A stretch of DNA of 63,067 nucleotides, the filler included, from Anaerolineae bacterium (GTDB lineage: Bacteria; Chloroflexota; Anaerolineae; Epilineales; Epilineaceae), in the NCBI GenBank assembly GCA_029262755.1. It is 8 parts of 8 records of this genome, joined end to end, with 100 filler letters (N's around TTAATTAATTAA, not from the genome) between each part and the next. Parts side by side here need not be neighbours in the genome. Positions count along the whole stretch, not along the records: positions 1 to 9,502 come from JAJCYU010000348.1; positions 9,603 to 13,160 come from JAJCYU010000350.1; 6 more parts are not named here. The stretch is one strand, 5' to 3'. How positions within the stretch are numbered: the stretch's first letter is position 1; each line of letters opens with the position of its first letter. The position numbers and the translations under genes are program-made. Under the pieces are notes generated by a model, which searched no databases, was not told where the DNA came from, and saw only the letters and a program-made list of their open reading frames with translations. Shown here in pieces: positions 1-11,416 of the stretch.

Positions 1-2773
1 CGTCCAGGAAGGGCAGGCTGATGGCCCATTCGCCGCCGATTTGGATGATGCATTTGTAAAAGAGCGGGCTGGCCGGCCTTTGGATGCCGCCCGTGATTCC
101 GCCGTTCACGCCAAGGCTTAGCGACAGCACGTCCTTCTTGATCGTGCTGGATCCGACGCCCTTCAGGCTGCCGCCGAGGTCGATGCGGGTGTTTTGCAAG
201 GCCCATTGGTCATCAAAGGCCATCGCCCCGGCCAACTCGCCTCCCGCCGCGACGGTGATCTTGGCCACGTCACGCAGCCAGGAGATCAGGCGGCGGAAGA
301 CCGAGAATTTTCCCAACCAATCCAGGCCCTTGCCGAGCCCCGGAAAGGCCGTGGCCGCGTCCTCGATGGTCATCGTGCACGAGCGAGCCGCACCGCCGCG
401 CGCCTCGACCTCGAGCAGGGCGCGGTCGAGGCCGAGCGGCAACAGCCGGCTCTTGCGCGTCGCGGACAGCGTGATTGGGAAGGTCAGGATGAAGACGCTG
501 GCGGTGCCCTTGCCCACGCCTTCTGTGCGCTCGAGCCCCTCGCTGAGGCTGCTGCCGATGTGGGAAGCCAGCGCGTGTTTGACGGTGATCTGCGCACCAA
601 TCAGGCCGAGCTTCGTGCCGTCGACGCAGGGGATCAAGCCCTCCAGGATGGAAGGGAAGGGCGTAGCGATCTCCAGCGGTGCGCCAGGCGGAATCTGGGA
701 GCTGCCCTCCCAATGGGCAGGCTGGTCGTAGAGCGGGCCTGGGGTCTCGGCCTTGGCGGACACGGCGAGCACGAGCGCGGCAGGAATCGGCGCCGCGACG
801 GCCGTGACCTCGAAGGGCGCGCTTCGCACGCCGCGGCTGTCCTCTGCGATGACGCGGATTCGGTTGGTTGAAGGATGAGCGCGCAGCTCCGTGCCCATGT
901 TGATCGAGTGGCGCGTGAGCGGCAGCGTTGCCGAGAGGTCCTTGCCGCTCCCGTTGACCTCGAAGCGCACGAAGCCCGGCGCCTCGCCGTCCCAGTCGAC
1001 GAGTACGTCGTAGGGGTTCGCGTAGGGTTCCCGGTGCGGGAAGATGCCGCCGAACACGGAGCGCACCGACTGGACTTTGGGGAAGGGCGTGGGCGTCGGC
1101 GTTGGGGTGGGCGTCGCGGTTGCGGTCGGGCGCGGGGTGATCGTCGGGCAGGGCGGCAACGGTCCGACGGGCGGCACGGGACCGCCCGTGGTGGGGCAGC
1201 CGCCCGGCGACCAGCTCAGGCTCACCCTACGTCCGCCCAGATCGGCCCAGTAGGGGCAGGGGCTGGAGATCGCGGAGCGCCCCCAATCGCTGATCAAGCT
1301 GCACGTGTGCGCAAAGGCATCGTCACGGCCGGCGAAGGGGCCAAAAAGGAATTGCTTGTCCGCCAGGGGGCTGGGGCACAGTCCGCCGCAGGGATAGCGG
1401 CACCGTTGTTCGTCGGCCAGGAACGTGCGGACCGTGGTTACCCAGACCGTGTTCGCCATATTCACGCCGAGCCACACGAGGTTGGGGCTGTCGCTTTCGT
1501 GGGGCGGGGGGGGGGGGGGGGGGGGGGTGGGCGTCGGCGTGCGGGTCGGCGTTGCGGTCCCGGTGGCTGTCGGCGTGACCGAGGCGGTGCGCGTCGGCGT
1601 CGGCGTGCGGGTCGGTGTCGCGGTCGCGGTGGCGCTCGGCGACGGTGTCGGGGTGCGCGTCGGCGTGCGGGTCGGCGCGCTGCCGAGACCGGGCGGGAGC
1701 GCGTGCGGTTCGCGGCCGACGCCGAGGGAGGTCGGCTCCGGGCCGTAGGGCCAGGTCGTCCACAACTGGCCGATGTGCTCGTAGATCACGCGCTCGTCGG
1801 GCAGCCAGGCCGGCCAGCCGGCGCCGGGTGGCGCGGTGAGGTCGCGACGGAACATGCCGTCCGTCGTCGCCCACGTGAGCGGGCCGTCGCAGGAGGCGCG
1901 GAATACGGCGGAAAGGCCGTTTGGGTGGGCGGCGAGGTGGGGGCCCATGGCGGGTAGCGGCCACGGCTCGGCGCCGGGAAGGGCGACCGCGTAGGTGCCG
2001 GCGCCCGAACGCGCGATGGCGCGTCCGAAGGCCCAGCTCCATCCATCCGAGCCCGCGAGGAGCGCACCGAGATCCAGCTCGGTCTCACCGCTGCCATCCG
2101 TGCGCACGACGTGCAGACGCCACGCGTTCGCGTCGGGTAGCGGCGCACGAGCGGCAAGCAGGAACTCGGCGCCGGCGGGGTGCCAAGACGGGCGGGGCAA
2201 GCGTCCGCAGGCACGGTCACCGTCGCGCCCGTAGGCGAACGCGCCGCCGATCGGCCGCAGTCCGGTGCCGTCGACCTGGACTTCCCAGAGCGATGCCGGG
2301 GCGTCAGGCCCGTCCCGGAAATCGTAGAAGGCGATGCGATGGCCGAGCGGATGGAAGGCCGGCGCGGCCGGCGCGACGGGCTCGCACGTGACGCTTCGCC
2401 GCCCGGCGCCGTCGAGCCCCATCACGTGCAGGCAGTCTTTGCCGGCCGCGGAGTCGCGCGCGACGAAGACGATCGGCTCGCCCAGCTGCGCGCTGGAGCG
2501 CGCGGACAAGGCGGACGCGGACAGGGCGGGGGCGTTGGGTTCGGGCGGGCCGGCGGCGTAGGAAGCGATGTCGGCGGTTACAACGTTGGCGGATGCGACG
2601 TTGCTCAATTCGTTGGAGATAGGGACGGGAGCAGGGGCGGCCGGGGCCAAGGCAGCGGCAGTCGAGGAGCGGGGGGATGAAAGGGCGAGGCCAACGAATG
2701 CGGCTACGGCCAGCGCAAGCCGCGCTACCGCCCGCGCGAGTTCGACGTCGTCCGCCCTTCGTGATTTTCGCAT
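1..2773 (-). CDS. Large secreted/surface protein, 3'-truncated at contig edge: TolB-like propeller, Pro/Thr linkers, Cys-rich module, Ig-like region
   Basis: Missing from the ORF track because it has no stop. Manual translation from ATG 2773 is open to base 2: MRKSRRADDVELARAVARLALAVAAFVGLALSS... signal; IVFVARD..LHVMGLDG, PAFHPLGHRIAF and PSWHPAG (PD40/TolB-like repeats); TPTRTPTP linkers; CRYPCGGLC..C..CP..GGC module. The overlapping + ORFs are its antisense shadows. Confidence 0.8.
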   Translation of the reverse strand, partial: MRKSRRADDVELARAVARLALAVAAFVGLALSSPRSSTAAALAPAAPAPVPISNELSNVASANVVTADIASYAAGPPEPNAPALSASALSARSSAQLGEPIVFVARDSAAGKDCLHVMGLDGAGRRSVTCEPVAPAAPAFHPLGHRIAFYDFRDGPDAPASLWEVQVDGTGLRPIGGAFAYGRDGDRACGRLPRPSWHPAGAEFLLAARAPLPDANAWRLHVVRTDGSGETELDLGALLAGSDGWSWAFGRAIARSGAGTYAVALPGAEPWPLPAMGPHLAAHPNGLSAVFRASCDGPLTWATTDGMFRRDLTAPPGAGWPAWLPDERVIYEHIGQLWTTWPYGPEPTSLGVGREPHALPPGLGSAPTRTPTRTPTPSPSATATATPTRTPTPTRTASVTPTATGTATPTRTPTPTPPPPPPPPHESDSPNLVWLGVNMANTVWVTTVRTFLADEQRCRYPCGGLCPSPLADKQFLFGPFAGRDDAFAHTCSLISDWGRSAISSPCPYWADLGGRRVSLSWSPGGCPTTGGPVPPVGPLPPCPTITPRPTATATPTPTPTPTPFPKVQSVRSVFGGIFPHREPYANPYDVLVDWDGEAPGFVRFEVNGSGKDLSATLPLTRHSINMGTELRAHPSTNRIRVIAEDSRGVRSAPFEVTAVAAPIPAALVLAVSAKAETPGPLYDQPAHWEGSSQIPPGAPLEIATPFPSILEGLIPCVDGTKLGLIGAQITVKHALASHIGSSLSEGLERTEGVGKGTASVFILTFPITLSATRKSRLLPLGLDRALLEVEARGGAARSCTMTIEDAATAFPGLGKGLDWLGKFSVFRRLISWLRDVAKITVAAGGELAGAMAFDDQWALQNTRIDLGGSLKGVGSSTIKKDVLSLSLGVNGGITGGIQRPASPLFYKCIIQIGGEWAISLPFLD
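1506..1527 (+). repeat. G22 homopolymer inside the CDS (poly-Pro on the minus strand)
   Basis: 22 consecutive G counted directly; the minus-strand reading frame is preserved across it. Confidence 0.9.
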
Positions 2774-2915
2774 GCCCAGCCCCCCCCGGAACGCCCGTGT
2801 TCCGCACCCAGTAGCCTATGCGCGGCCAGCATACGCCCACAACGGGAGTACCGCAATGGCGCCTTCGCGGGCGCCGGGTTGACCGGGTCGCGCCCACCCG
2901 GCAGCATCCCCAGCC

Positions 2916-4142
2916 ATGAGCGAGTTCACCGAAGCCTCCGACCGCACCAACGACCGGTCCCAGGACCGAACCCAGGACATCGCAGACGGATCCACCCGCT
3001 TACGGGTCACGCTCGACGTGACCCCCGCGCTGCGCCAACGCGGCGGGATCGGGCGCTACACGCGCGAGCTCGCGCGAGCGCTCCTTGCGCGTGGGACGCA
3101 CGACTATCAGTTGTTCGTAGCGGACCGCGTGCTCAACTCCGCTGCGGCGCTCGAGACCTTGGGTTGGCCACGCGGCGACGGAGAGGAAAGGCCGGATCTG
3201 CGCGGTGCGATGCTTTCGGCCCGCGTGTTGACGATCCTGTGGCATCGACTCGGCCTGCGGGTGCCGGTGGAGCGCTGGGCGGGGCCCTCCGACATCTACC
3301 ATGCCACCGACTTTCTGGCGCCCCCGACACGAGACGCGCGCAGCGTCATCACCGTGCACGATCTCTCCTTCCTGGTTCATCCGGAACGGGCAGAGCCCGC
3401 GCTCGCGCGCTTCTTGGGCGCGCGCATCGCGTCCGCGGTGGGCCGAGCGGCGATGGTCGTGGCGGACTCGCAGAGCACACGGCGCGATCTGGCTGCGCGG
3501 CTCGGCGTCGCCGACGCCCGGCTGCACGTCGCGTTGCCCGGCGTCGATCCCGCGCGCTTCGTGGTTACGGAGCAGGATCGGACTCGGGTGCGCGCACGCT
3601 ACGGCCTCACGCGGCCCTTCGTGCTCGGCGTAGGCACCTTGGAGCCGCGCAAGGACTGGCCGACGCTGGTGGCCGCCTTCGAAGCGGCCCAGCTCGACGG
3701 CCACGAGCTGTTGCTCGCCGGCGGTCGCGGCTGGGGGATGGATGGCCTCGATGCAGCGCTGGCCGCGACGCACGCCCCTGTACGCGCGCTGGGTTTCGTC
3801 CCGGACGATGATCTGGCCTCGCTATATCACGAGGCCGACGTATTCGCGTACCCGAGCGTGTACGAGGGCTTCGGCCTGCCGCCGCTGGAGGCCATGGCCT
3901 GCGGGACACCGACGGCGGTCGCGGATAGCTCCAGCCTGCCGGAGGTCGTCGGCGACGCCGCGTTGCGGGTGCCGGTTGGAGATATCGCGGCCTGGGCGGA
4001 CGCATTGCGGCGTTTATCCCGTGACAACGCCTTGCGGGACGCCCTGCGACGGGCGGGGCCGCTTCGTGCAGCCGGTTTCACGTGGGACGCTTGCGCCGCG
4101 GCCGTCGAGGACGCGTACGCCGCCGCGGCCCGCGCACAATAA
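2916..4142 (+). CDS. Glycosyltransferase family 4 (GT-B fold)
   Basis: [47 protein letters not shown] (EX7E motif). Confidence 0.95.
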   Translation: MSEFTEASDRTNDRSQDRTQDIADGSTRLRVTLDVTPALRQRGGIGRYTRELARALLARGTHDYQLFVADRVLNSAAALETLGWPRGDGEERPDLRGAMLSARVLTILWHRLGLRVPVERWAGPSDIYHATDFLAPPTRDARSVITVHDLSFLVHPERAEPALARFLGARIASAVGRAAMVVADSQSTRRDLAARLGVADARLHVALPGVDPARFVVTEQDRTRVRARYGLTRPFVLGVGTLEPRKDWPTLVAAFEAAQLDGHELLLAGGRGWGMDGLDAALAATHAPVRALGFVPDDDLASLYHEADVFAYPSVYEGFGLPPLEAMACGTPTAVADSSSLPEVVGDAALRVPVGDIAAWADALRRLSRDNALRDALRRAGPLRAAGFTWDACAAAVEDAYAAAARAQ

Positions 4143-4326
4143 GCGAAACGCACGCACCCACGTGACGCTTGAACGCCCTTCATCCCGCGCTCATCCCGTG
4201 CGGCCATCATCCCCGCCGGACGCTCGAACGCGCCGCCGAATCGATTGGATGGGCAGGGGGCCTCAGGCTATGATCGAAACGTTGACAACCACGCTACACA
4301 ACCCACAAGAAAGAGAGGAGGCGCGC

Positions 4327-5025
4327 GTGACGACCGAGCGCATCCTGATCGTTGAAGACGATGAGCGCATCGCCAATATGTTGCGCCGCGGTCTGATCTT
4401 CGAAGGATTCGAGGCAGAGGCGGCCCACACCGGTACCGCCGGGTTGGAGAAGGCGCGCGAGAAGATGCCCGATCTGGTCATCTTGGATCTCATGTTGCCC
4501 GAGATGGATGGCATGGAGGTTTGCCGTCGGCTCCGCGCCGCAAGCGACGTGCCGATCCTCATGCTGACGGCCAAGGAGTCGGTGCCGGACCGGGTCGCGG
4601 GCCTGGAAGCGGGTGCGGACGACTACATGCCCAAGCCCTTCGCCTTCGAAGAACTCCTGGCGCGGGTACGGGCGCTGCTGCGTCGAGCGCATACGACCCC
4701 GACCGGCGACGCGCCCGAGGTCCTGGAATTCGCGGGACTCGAGTTGGACACGGGCACCCGGCAGGCGCGGCGCGGCGATCGCGTGATCGACCTGACCGCC
4801 AAGGAATATGACCTGCTCTACCTGTTCATGCGGCATCCGCGTCAGGTCCTCACACGCGACCAGATCTTCGACGACGTATGGGGCTACGATTTTGGTGGCG
4901 AGAGCAACATCATCGAGGTCTACGTTCGCTATCTGCGTCTGAAGTTGGAAGCCGGTGACGAGACGCGCTTGATCCATACCTCCCGCGGTGTCGGCTATGT
5001 CCTTCGGGAGCCGAACCCGGCATGA
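4327..5025 (+). CDS. OmpR/PhoB-family response regulator (MprA-like)
   Basis: [30 protein letters not shown], winged helix ending [11 protein letters not shown] start follows GAGGAG; alternative ATG at 4270. Confidence 0.95.
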   Translation: MTTERILIVEDDERIANMLRRGLIFEGFEAEAAHTGTAGLEKAREKMPDLVILDLMLPEMDGMEVCRRLRAASDVPILMLTAKESVPDRVAGLEAGADDYMPKPFAFEELLARVRALLRRAHTTPTGDAPEVLEFAGLELDTGTRQARRGDRVIDLTAKEYDLLYLFMRHPRQVLTRDQIFDDVWGYDFGGESNIIEVYVRYLRLKLEAGDETRLIHTSRGVGYVLREPNPA

Positions 5026-6713
5026 ACTTGCCTCAGGTGGGACTGCCGCGACGCGTTATCGGGGACCGGATCGGGGCACCGCCAAGCCGTCAAGATCACG
5101 TGGCCACCGAAGCGCAGCCAGGGCGCGTCGGCAGGCGCATGTGGCGCGGGCCGCTGTCCGGAGTGTCGCTACGCTGGCGGCTGACCCTCGCCTATTCGCT
5201 GATGCTGTTTACGATGCTCAGCTCCTTCAGTCTTGGCATCTATTGGTACGTCGGAAATCGACGCATGGACGAGCTCGTACGCGAGAGCGAAGCCCGCGCG
5301 GAGCAGTTTTCGGCTGACCTACGGCAATACCAGCAAAACATGGCCGTCTTCCAAGATATGGCCGCCGGCTTTAGCGTCGGCCCCATCATCTCGGCCATGT
5401 TGCTCGAATCGCGGCTCATAGAAGATGTGTTCAACCCCTTCTTGGCGCCAGGCGCGGGGCTGCGCGTATTCGACCGCAAGCACAACCTGGTTTTCCCGCC
5501 CGAGGCGGAAGTCGCCGACAACAGTCCGGGCATCGCAGCTTTGCCCAATCGCGCGCAGGTCCTGCGAACGGTCCCCAACCGCCTGGCGATGGTCATGGCG
5601 CTACGCGGGCATCGGCACCGGGAGGTCGTGACCGCGGCCGAAGGCGATCAGGTGCTGGTCTATACAGTCCCGCTCTATCAACAAAACGTAGGCGTTGCGC
5701 ACCCGCATGTCCCCGGCCTGACCACCGATGTGGTCGGGGCCATGCAAATCCTCACGTCGCTCAAGCCCTATAACGACACGTTGGCGGCGTTGCGAAAAAT
5801 TCTGATCTTCGGCACGGTCGCCGCAACCGCATTGGCCGCGCTAACCGGCGCCGCGCTTGCACAGACGGCCATCGCGCCGATCCATCGCATCGCGAACACG
5901 GCCGAGACGATCAACCGCGCCCAAGACCTCGGTCGCCGCATAGCGGTGGACTGTCCGCGGGACGAGATCGGCCATCTAGCCGTCACGGTCAACGACATGC
6001 TGGACCGAATCGAGGGTATGTTTGACCGACAGCGGACCTTTTTGGCCGATGTGTCGCACGAGCTTCGCACACCGCTGACGACCATTCGCGGTGAGGTGGA
6101 GCTCATGCAGCGCACCGGCCACGTGGACGCGGACGTCCTTGCGGCGGTACTCGGCGAGTCCGAGCGCATGTCGCGCATGATCGACGATCTGCTGCTCCTG
6201 GCGCGCGCCGATACGGCGACCGCGGCAACGGGCGAGCTCGCACCCATGGAGCTCGATCAGCTGGTGATGGACGTGTTCCAACAGGCCCAGCGCTTGGCTC
6301 GATCCAACGGGGAGCACAAGGTCGCGTTGGGCGATGTAGATCCCGTAACCGTCCTCGGCGACGCGGACCGGCTCAAGCAGCTGTTGCTCAACCTCGTCGC
6401 CAACGGTCTCAAGCACACGCCCCCCGACACGACCGTGACCATCGCGCTTCAGCGCGAGGCCGATGTCGCCCGCTTGTTGATCAGCGACGACGGCCCCGGC
6501 ATTCCCGAAACCGACGTACCGCACGTGTTTGATCGCTTCTATCGAGTGGACAAAGCGCGCTCACGTGCAAGCGGCGGCACGGGCCTCGGCCTGGCCATCG
6601 TGCGCTCGATCGCGCGTGCGCACGGCGGCGACGTTGCGCTCGCGTGTCCCGCGAACGGCGGGACCACGTTCACCGTCACGATCCCACTTCCGGACGTTCG
6701 CCATGGAGCATGA
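5022..6713 (+). CDS. HAMP-containing sensor histidine kinase
   Basis: Two TM segments, HAMP ([14 protein letters not shown]), H-box [12 protein letters not shown]-box [10 protein letters not shown] boxes DDGPGI and [12 protein letters not shown] overlap with the regulator. Confidence 0.95.
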   Translation: MNLPQVGLPRRVIGDRIGAPPSRQDHVATEAQPGRVGRRMWRGPLSGVSLRWRLTLAYSLMLFTMLSSFSLGIYWYVGNRRMDELVRESEARAEQFSADLRQYQQNMAVFQDMAAGFSVGPIISAMLLESRLIEDVFNPFLAPGAGLRVFDRKHNLVFPPEAEVADNSPGIAALPNRAQVLRTVPNRLAMVMALRGHRHREVVTAAEGDQVLVYTVPLYQQNVGVAHPHVPGLTTDVVGAMQILTSLKPYNDTLAALRKILIFGTVAATALAALTGAALAQTAIAPIHRIANTAETINRAQDLGRRIAVDCPRDEIGHLAVTVNDMLDRIEGMFDRQRTFLADVSHELRTPLTTIRGEVELMQRTGHVDADVLAAVLGESERMSRMIDDLLLLARADTATAATGELAPMELDQLVMDVFQQAQRLARSNGEHKVALGDVDPVTVLGDADRLKQLLLNLVANGLKHTPPDTTVTIALQREADVARLLISDDGPGIPETDVPHVFDRFYRVDKARSRASGGTGLGLAIVRSIARAHGGDVALACPANGGTTFTVTIPLPDVRHGA

Positions 6714-8106
6714 TCCGCTCGAGGGCCCGCCGGATTCCGAGCTTCAGCACGCGGACTCGTCCGGCGCGGACTCGTCGCGCGCCGACTCGTCGGGCGCGGA
6801 GTCACCCGCCCCGGTGCCGGAAGGGTCTGCGCTTTCGCTCTCGGCGTCCCGAGTCCCGGCACCGCAAGGGCCTGCGTCGTTTCACGCTAGCGCCCCTCGC
6901 TCCACGCCCCCCGGCGCAACGCAACCGGCGGCGCGGCGTGGACTCGCGTTCGTGGCGGTTGGCGCCGCGTTGGTGTTCGGCGCGTTGGCGGCCGGCGCGG
7001 TGGCCGGCGCGGTAAGCGCGGCCATGTGGCTCGAAGCCCGCGATCAAGCGGCGGAGACGCCGGCGAACAGCGCGCTCGTTGCGGAGTTGGCGGCAGCGCG
7101 TTCCGGTCTGGGCCAGCACATGCCGCGCGAAGAAGAGCTCGTGGTCGGCGCTGTGCGTGCGACACGACCGGCCGTCGTGACGATCTGGAACCTGCAACAC
7201 GTCCGGCAGCGCTTCGGCCCGATCACCCTGGCGCCGGCAGCCACGGGATCCGGCGTGATCTTCGACGAGCGCGGCTATATCGCGACGAACCATCACGTCA
7301 TTGCCAACGCGAAGGCCATCGAGGTGATCTTCTTGGACGGTCGCCGCGTATCCGCCCGCGTGGTCAACAGCAACCCGGACGTCGACATCGCGATCCTCTC
7401 GGTCGATCCCGACATCGAACTACCCGCGGTTGCGCCCCTGGCCGATTCATCGCGGCTCGAGCCGGGCATGCGTGTGCTCGCCATCGGCAGCCCGCTGGGC
7501 ACCGACTACCAGAATACCGTGACCAACGGGATTATCGCCGGCCTCAACCGCAGAGTGCGGGGCCGCGGGTTCAACTGGTTCTCCTTCTCCGAGTTCGAGT
7601 TCGATCTGAACGCAGCGCCCTTGATCCAGACGGACGCAGCGATCAATACGGGCAACTCCGGCGGCCCGCTGGTCAACCTCGACGGCGAGGTCGTGGGCCT
7701 CAACACGTTGATCGTCCGCCAGAACGGCGGCTCGGAAGTCGAGGGGCTCGGCTTCTCGGTGCCGAGCAATGTCGTGGGTGCATTGGCGGCGGAGTGGATT
7801 GACGGAGAGGTGCGCGGCGTACCCGATTTCGAGTTCGAGTTCGTGACGCCGGAGCTCGCGCGCCGCAGCGGCCTCGCGCGCGCCGGTGGCGTCGTCGTGA
7901 AGACCGTGCCGCCCGGCAGCGTATCGAGACAGGCCGGCCTACGTGTCGGCGACCGGATCACGGCCATCGACGGCCTGGAGCTAAACCTGGATCGCGCGCT
8001 GGCCGATGTGCTCTGGGGCTACCGCGCCGGCGAGACCGTGCGTCTGACGGTTGTGCGCGATGGCGCGTCCCGCACCTTGGAGCTCACGCTCCAGCCCCCG
8101 CCGTAG
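6703..8106 (+). CDS. HtrA/DegP-like trypsin serine protease with one PDZ domain
   Basis: GSGVI, TNHHV, DIAIL, IQTDAAINTGNSGGPL, C-terminal PDZ (GLRVGDRITAIDG); N-terminal TM anchor. Confidence 0.95.
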   Translation: MEHDPLEGPPDSELQHADSSGADSSRADSSGAESPAPVPEGSALSLSASRVPAPQGPASFHASAPRSTPPGATQPAARRGLAFVAVGAALVFGALAAGAVAGAVSAAMWLEARDQAAETPANSALVAELAAARSGLGQHMPREEELVVGAVRATRPAVVTIWNLQHVRQRFGPITLAPAATGSGVIFDERGYIATNHHVIANAKAIEVIFLDGRRVSARVVNSNPDVDIAILSVDPDIELPAVAPLADSSRLEPGMRVLAIGSPLGTDYQNTVTNGIIAGLNRRVRGRGFNWFSFSEFEFDLNAAPLIQTDAAINTGNSGGPLVNLDGEVVGLNTLIVRQNGGSEVEGLGFSVPSNVVGALAAEWIDGEVRGVPDFEFEFVTPELARRSGLARAGGVVVKTVPPGSVSRQAGLRVGDRITAIDGLELNLDRALADVLWGYRAGETVRLTVVRDGASRTLELTLQPPP

Positions 8107-8152
8107 CGTGCGCTTCCGCCCCGATCACCACAAGGCATCTACGTCGCGCGCC

Positions 8153-9502
8153 ATGTCATGGACCGTCGTTCTCCTGGTCTTGTTGCTCGGTTCCGTGAGC
8201 GCGTTGGGCGGTTGCTCGCGCACGTCCGGCGGGTCGGATGTGCCGGATGCCGCCGATGGAAGCGACCCTTCCGCGGGTGACGAGGACGGCGGGCGGACGC
8301 TGGCGCCCTCCGCGGCACCCCTGCTCGGCGACGACGGTGAGGTTCTCGATGCACGCGCGCTGGCGGACGAGGTATCGCGCCGTCTGGCCGTAGATCCGCT
8401 CACGCTGCTGCGTGACGAGCCTCCGGAGCGCGATCTGGGCGACCTGGCCGTGCGACTGGGTCGGGCCGAAGGCGCACTTCGCCGATCGGCGCGCGGGACA
8501 CCGCAGGCAACGGGGCCACGGACCGTAGGCGACTCGGAGTTCTTCTGGGTCCATGACATCGTGGGCGACCGCTACTTCCAGATTGAAGCCACACTGCGCG
8601 AGATCACGGACGTCGCGTACTTCTGGGTCCAAAACGATCAGCCCTTCGATGCAGCGGGCCTCGCGCGCGGCGCGGCCGCGTTCACCGATCCGATCTACCC
8701 CACCTTGCGCCATGTCTTCGGCTCCGAGTGGTCGCCCGGCGTCGACGACGACCCGCGCGTCCACGTCCTTCACCACGAGTCGATTCCCGGCGTGGCGGGC
8801 TTCTACTCGAGCGCGGACGAGTACCCGGCCGAGGTCGAGCCATACTCCAACCAGCGCGAGATGTTCTATATCAACCTCAGCACCTATGCGCCGGGCTCCC
8901 AGGACTACCTGCAGCTACTTGCGCACGAGTACCAGCACATGATCCATTGGCATCGCGATCGGGGTGAGCCGGTCTGGGTCAACGAGGGCCTCTCCGAGCT
9001 CGCACCCTACTTGGTAGGCTACGGACGCCAAACGGGCGGCGCGCTGATCTCGCGCCCGGATACGCAGCTTACGCGGTGGGAAGACACCGGCAGCGGTAAC
9101 AGCGAGCACTACGCCGCATCGTTCCTGTTTTTTGCCTGGTTGTGGGGTCAACACGGCGAGCCGGTGCTTGGCGAACTGCTCGGCGCCTCCGGCAACGGCG
9201 AGGTGGGCGTGGAGCAGGCCCTTGAAGCCTTGGGCACACCTCGATCCTTCGGCGCACTGTTCGACGATTGGACGATTGCCAATCTGGTCAACGATCCGTC
9301 CCTCGAAGATGGTCGCTTCGGCTACACGGGCGTGTCCGTCCGTCGCGTCACCCCGCGCCCGCTGCCCGCGATGGGCGTGGACGGCAGCGTGCAGCAATTC
9401 GGTGGAGATTACTGGGACGTGACGGAGCGTGTCGCAGACGCTGCGCTCGCATTGCGCTTCGAGGGCGCGACCACCGTGCCGCTTCTCGACCCCTTCCCCG
9501 AC
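8153..9502 (+). CDS. Lipoprotein zinc metallopeptidase (M6/M30-like), 3'-truncated
   Basis: Lipobox ALGGC; LAHEYQHMIH (HExxH) followed by WVNEGLSE. Confidence 0.8.
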
Positions 9503-9602
9503 NNNNNNNNNNNNNNNNNNNNNNNNNNNNNNNNNNNNNNNNNNNNTTAATTAATTAANNNNNNNNNNNNNNNNNNNNNNNNNNNNNNNNNNNNNNNNNN
9601 NN
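9503..9602. other. Artificial contig spacer
   Basis: 44 N + TTAATTAATTAA (stops in all six frames) + 44 N. Confidence 0.99.
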
Positions 9603-9946
9603 CCGTTGAAGCAGTAGGTAATCGGCCTTTCCGAGGGCTCGTGCGCGCCGTCGCGTGTATAGGCAACGTAGAAGATCCGCGCCTTGCCGGTCTTTTCATC
9701 ATCCTCGATATCGATGGTGTAGTGCCCGGCGCGCGCGGTATAGGCAAGCTCCTCGCCGCCGATCGTGACGACATGCTGCGTCACGCTCTCCTCGTTGGCA
9801 TCGGCCCCCGCGTCAGCACCGTCATCATCGCGATCACCCGCGCCGCGCGCGGCCGTCGCGGCCTTCGCGATATCGCCCGCTGCTTGGACGACCACGACGG
9901 CGCCGCTGCCCTTTATGATCTGCACGTCTTTGTCGGCTGCGCTCAC
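9603..9946 (-). CDS. Peptidase S10 (serine carboxypeptidase) N-terminus, truncated
   Basis: SVTQHVVTIGGEELAYTARAG...ARIFYVAYT...RPITYCFNG matches the bacterial S10 N-terminus that precedes NGGPG. Confidence 0.8.
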
Positions 9947-10091
9947 GAGTTGCTCCTAATGGGCACCGGGCGGGGAAGAGAGGCGTCCCTCGACGGGAAC
10001 GCGAGAGTTCGCGTGAGGCGCACGGATACATCGGAATCGACGTTCGAACCGCCCTTTGAGCGCGCCGAACATCGGCAAACTTCAAACCCGG

Positions 10092-11222
10092 CTACTTGAG
10101 GATCGGTTTCAGGTTGCGCCCGAAGCGGTTGGCGATCAGGTCCTCGTAGTCGACCTGTTCCTGGCGAATAAAGCCGTGCTCGGGCAGCTTGCCGGCGGCG
10201 TGCAGATCCAGCATCGCACAGACACCGCTTGCGGTCGTGACCTGGATGGCGCCCCAATGACGTCCGCCGAGCTCCCGGTGGTAGTTCTTGTCCGCGAAGG
10301 CCTCCTGCGCATAGATGCCGTTGCGCCAGCCCGTCACCGTTACGAACACCAAGACCACGTCCTGGTGCGTGTGGGGAATGGCGCGCTCCAAGATTCGCTT
10401 GAGCGTGTCGCGGTCGTCGTTGAGCTTGAAGTCGAACATGAGCAGGGCCATCGCGTCCCTGTGCCCGGGATAGCGGATGGTCTTGTAGTTGAGCGTGCGC
10501 ACCTTGCCGGCAAGGGTCTCTGCCAACGTGCCCAAGCCTCCGGAGGTGTTGAAGGCTTCGTAGTCGACCCCGTCGATCGAAAACGTCTCATGTTCCCGCA
10601 GCGGCTGCACCCACGTCTTTTCGCCGTCGATGATCGATTCGCAGGGGTTGCCGTACTCGTTGATGAGGCCGTCGGTGCTCCAAGTGAGGTTGTATTTCAG
10701 CCGGTTGTGCGGATAGAGCGGCAGTGCCCCCACCCGCATCTTCACCTCGTCGAGCTTCTCGAAGCGGCGTGCGAGATGCGCCGCCACGATCTGAATGAAG
10801 CCCGGCGCGAGGCCGCTTTGGGGCATGAACGCGACCTCCGCGTCCTCCGCGAGCGCCATGATCGCCTTGGTGGTGGTCACGTCTTCCGTGAGGTCGAGAT
10901 AGTGCACGCCCAACACGCGTGCCGTGCTCGCGATCGTGACGTTGCACCAATAGGGCGCGCACGAAACGACATAACGCCGGCCCTCCATCACGGCTTTGAG
11001 TTCTTCTGCGTTGGAGAAGTCCGCGGTTGCGGGTGTCAGGCCTTCCAGTGCTTCACCATCGGGGCCGGTGGCGGCGCGGCGCGCGGTCTCGGGATCATGA
11101 TCGACCGCCGTCACGTCGTACGCGCCGCTGTCCGCCAAGAGCCACGCGACCAGCGTGCCGATGCGGCCGCAGCCCAGCACGACGACGGGAATGCGCGCGG
11201 CGGTGGAAGAAACGTCGGTCAT
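10092..11222 (-). CDS. Saccharopine dehydrogenase-family NAD(P)-dependent oxidoreductase
   Basis: VVVLGCGRIG Rossmann motif, HYLDLTED, GLAPG, TWSTDGLINEY, YKTIRYPGH; GGAG RBS before ATG 11222. Confidence 0.9.
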   Translation of the reverse strand: MTDVSSTAARIPVVVLGCGRIGTLVAWLLADSGAYDVTAVDHDPETARRAATGPDGEALEGLTPATADFSNAEELKAVMEGRRYVVSCAPYWCNVTIASTARVLGVHYLDLTEDVTTTKAIMALAEDAEVAFMPQSGLAPGFIQIVAAHLARRFEKLDEVKMRVGALPLYPHNRLKYNLTWSTDGLINEYGNPCESIIDGEKTWVQPLREHETFSIDGVDYEAFNTSGGLGTLAETLAGKVRTLNYKTIRYPGHRDAMALLMFDFKLNDDRDTLKRILERAIPHTHQDVVLVFVTVTGWRNGIYAQEAFADKNYHRELGGRHWGAIQVTTASGVCAMLDLHAAGKLPEHGFIRQEQVDYEDLIANRFGRNLKPILK

Positions 11223-11416
11223 CGGTAGCTCCGAAGGCTGGGTTCGACGCAAGAATCCGGTCGAGATGGGGTGCGCGCGCAAGCCAAGCAGGCGTCGCGC
11301 GGCGGGCCGGATATTGTCGGTCGGCGGGCGGGGGGGGTCAAGGACTGCCATTGCCGACATGACCCCGCCCTGCCATCATCACCCCGCCCGAGGGCCGGGG
11401 CATACGGGAGCGGTGC

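Noticed and set aside
84..2882. Numerous + strand ORFs (84-731, 875-1957, 1425-1748 and others)
   Set aside because: Antisense shadows of the stop-less minus-strand surface protein gene; VGVGV runs mirror its TPTP linkers.
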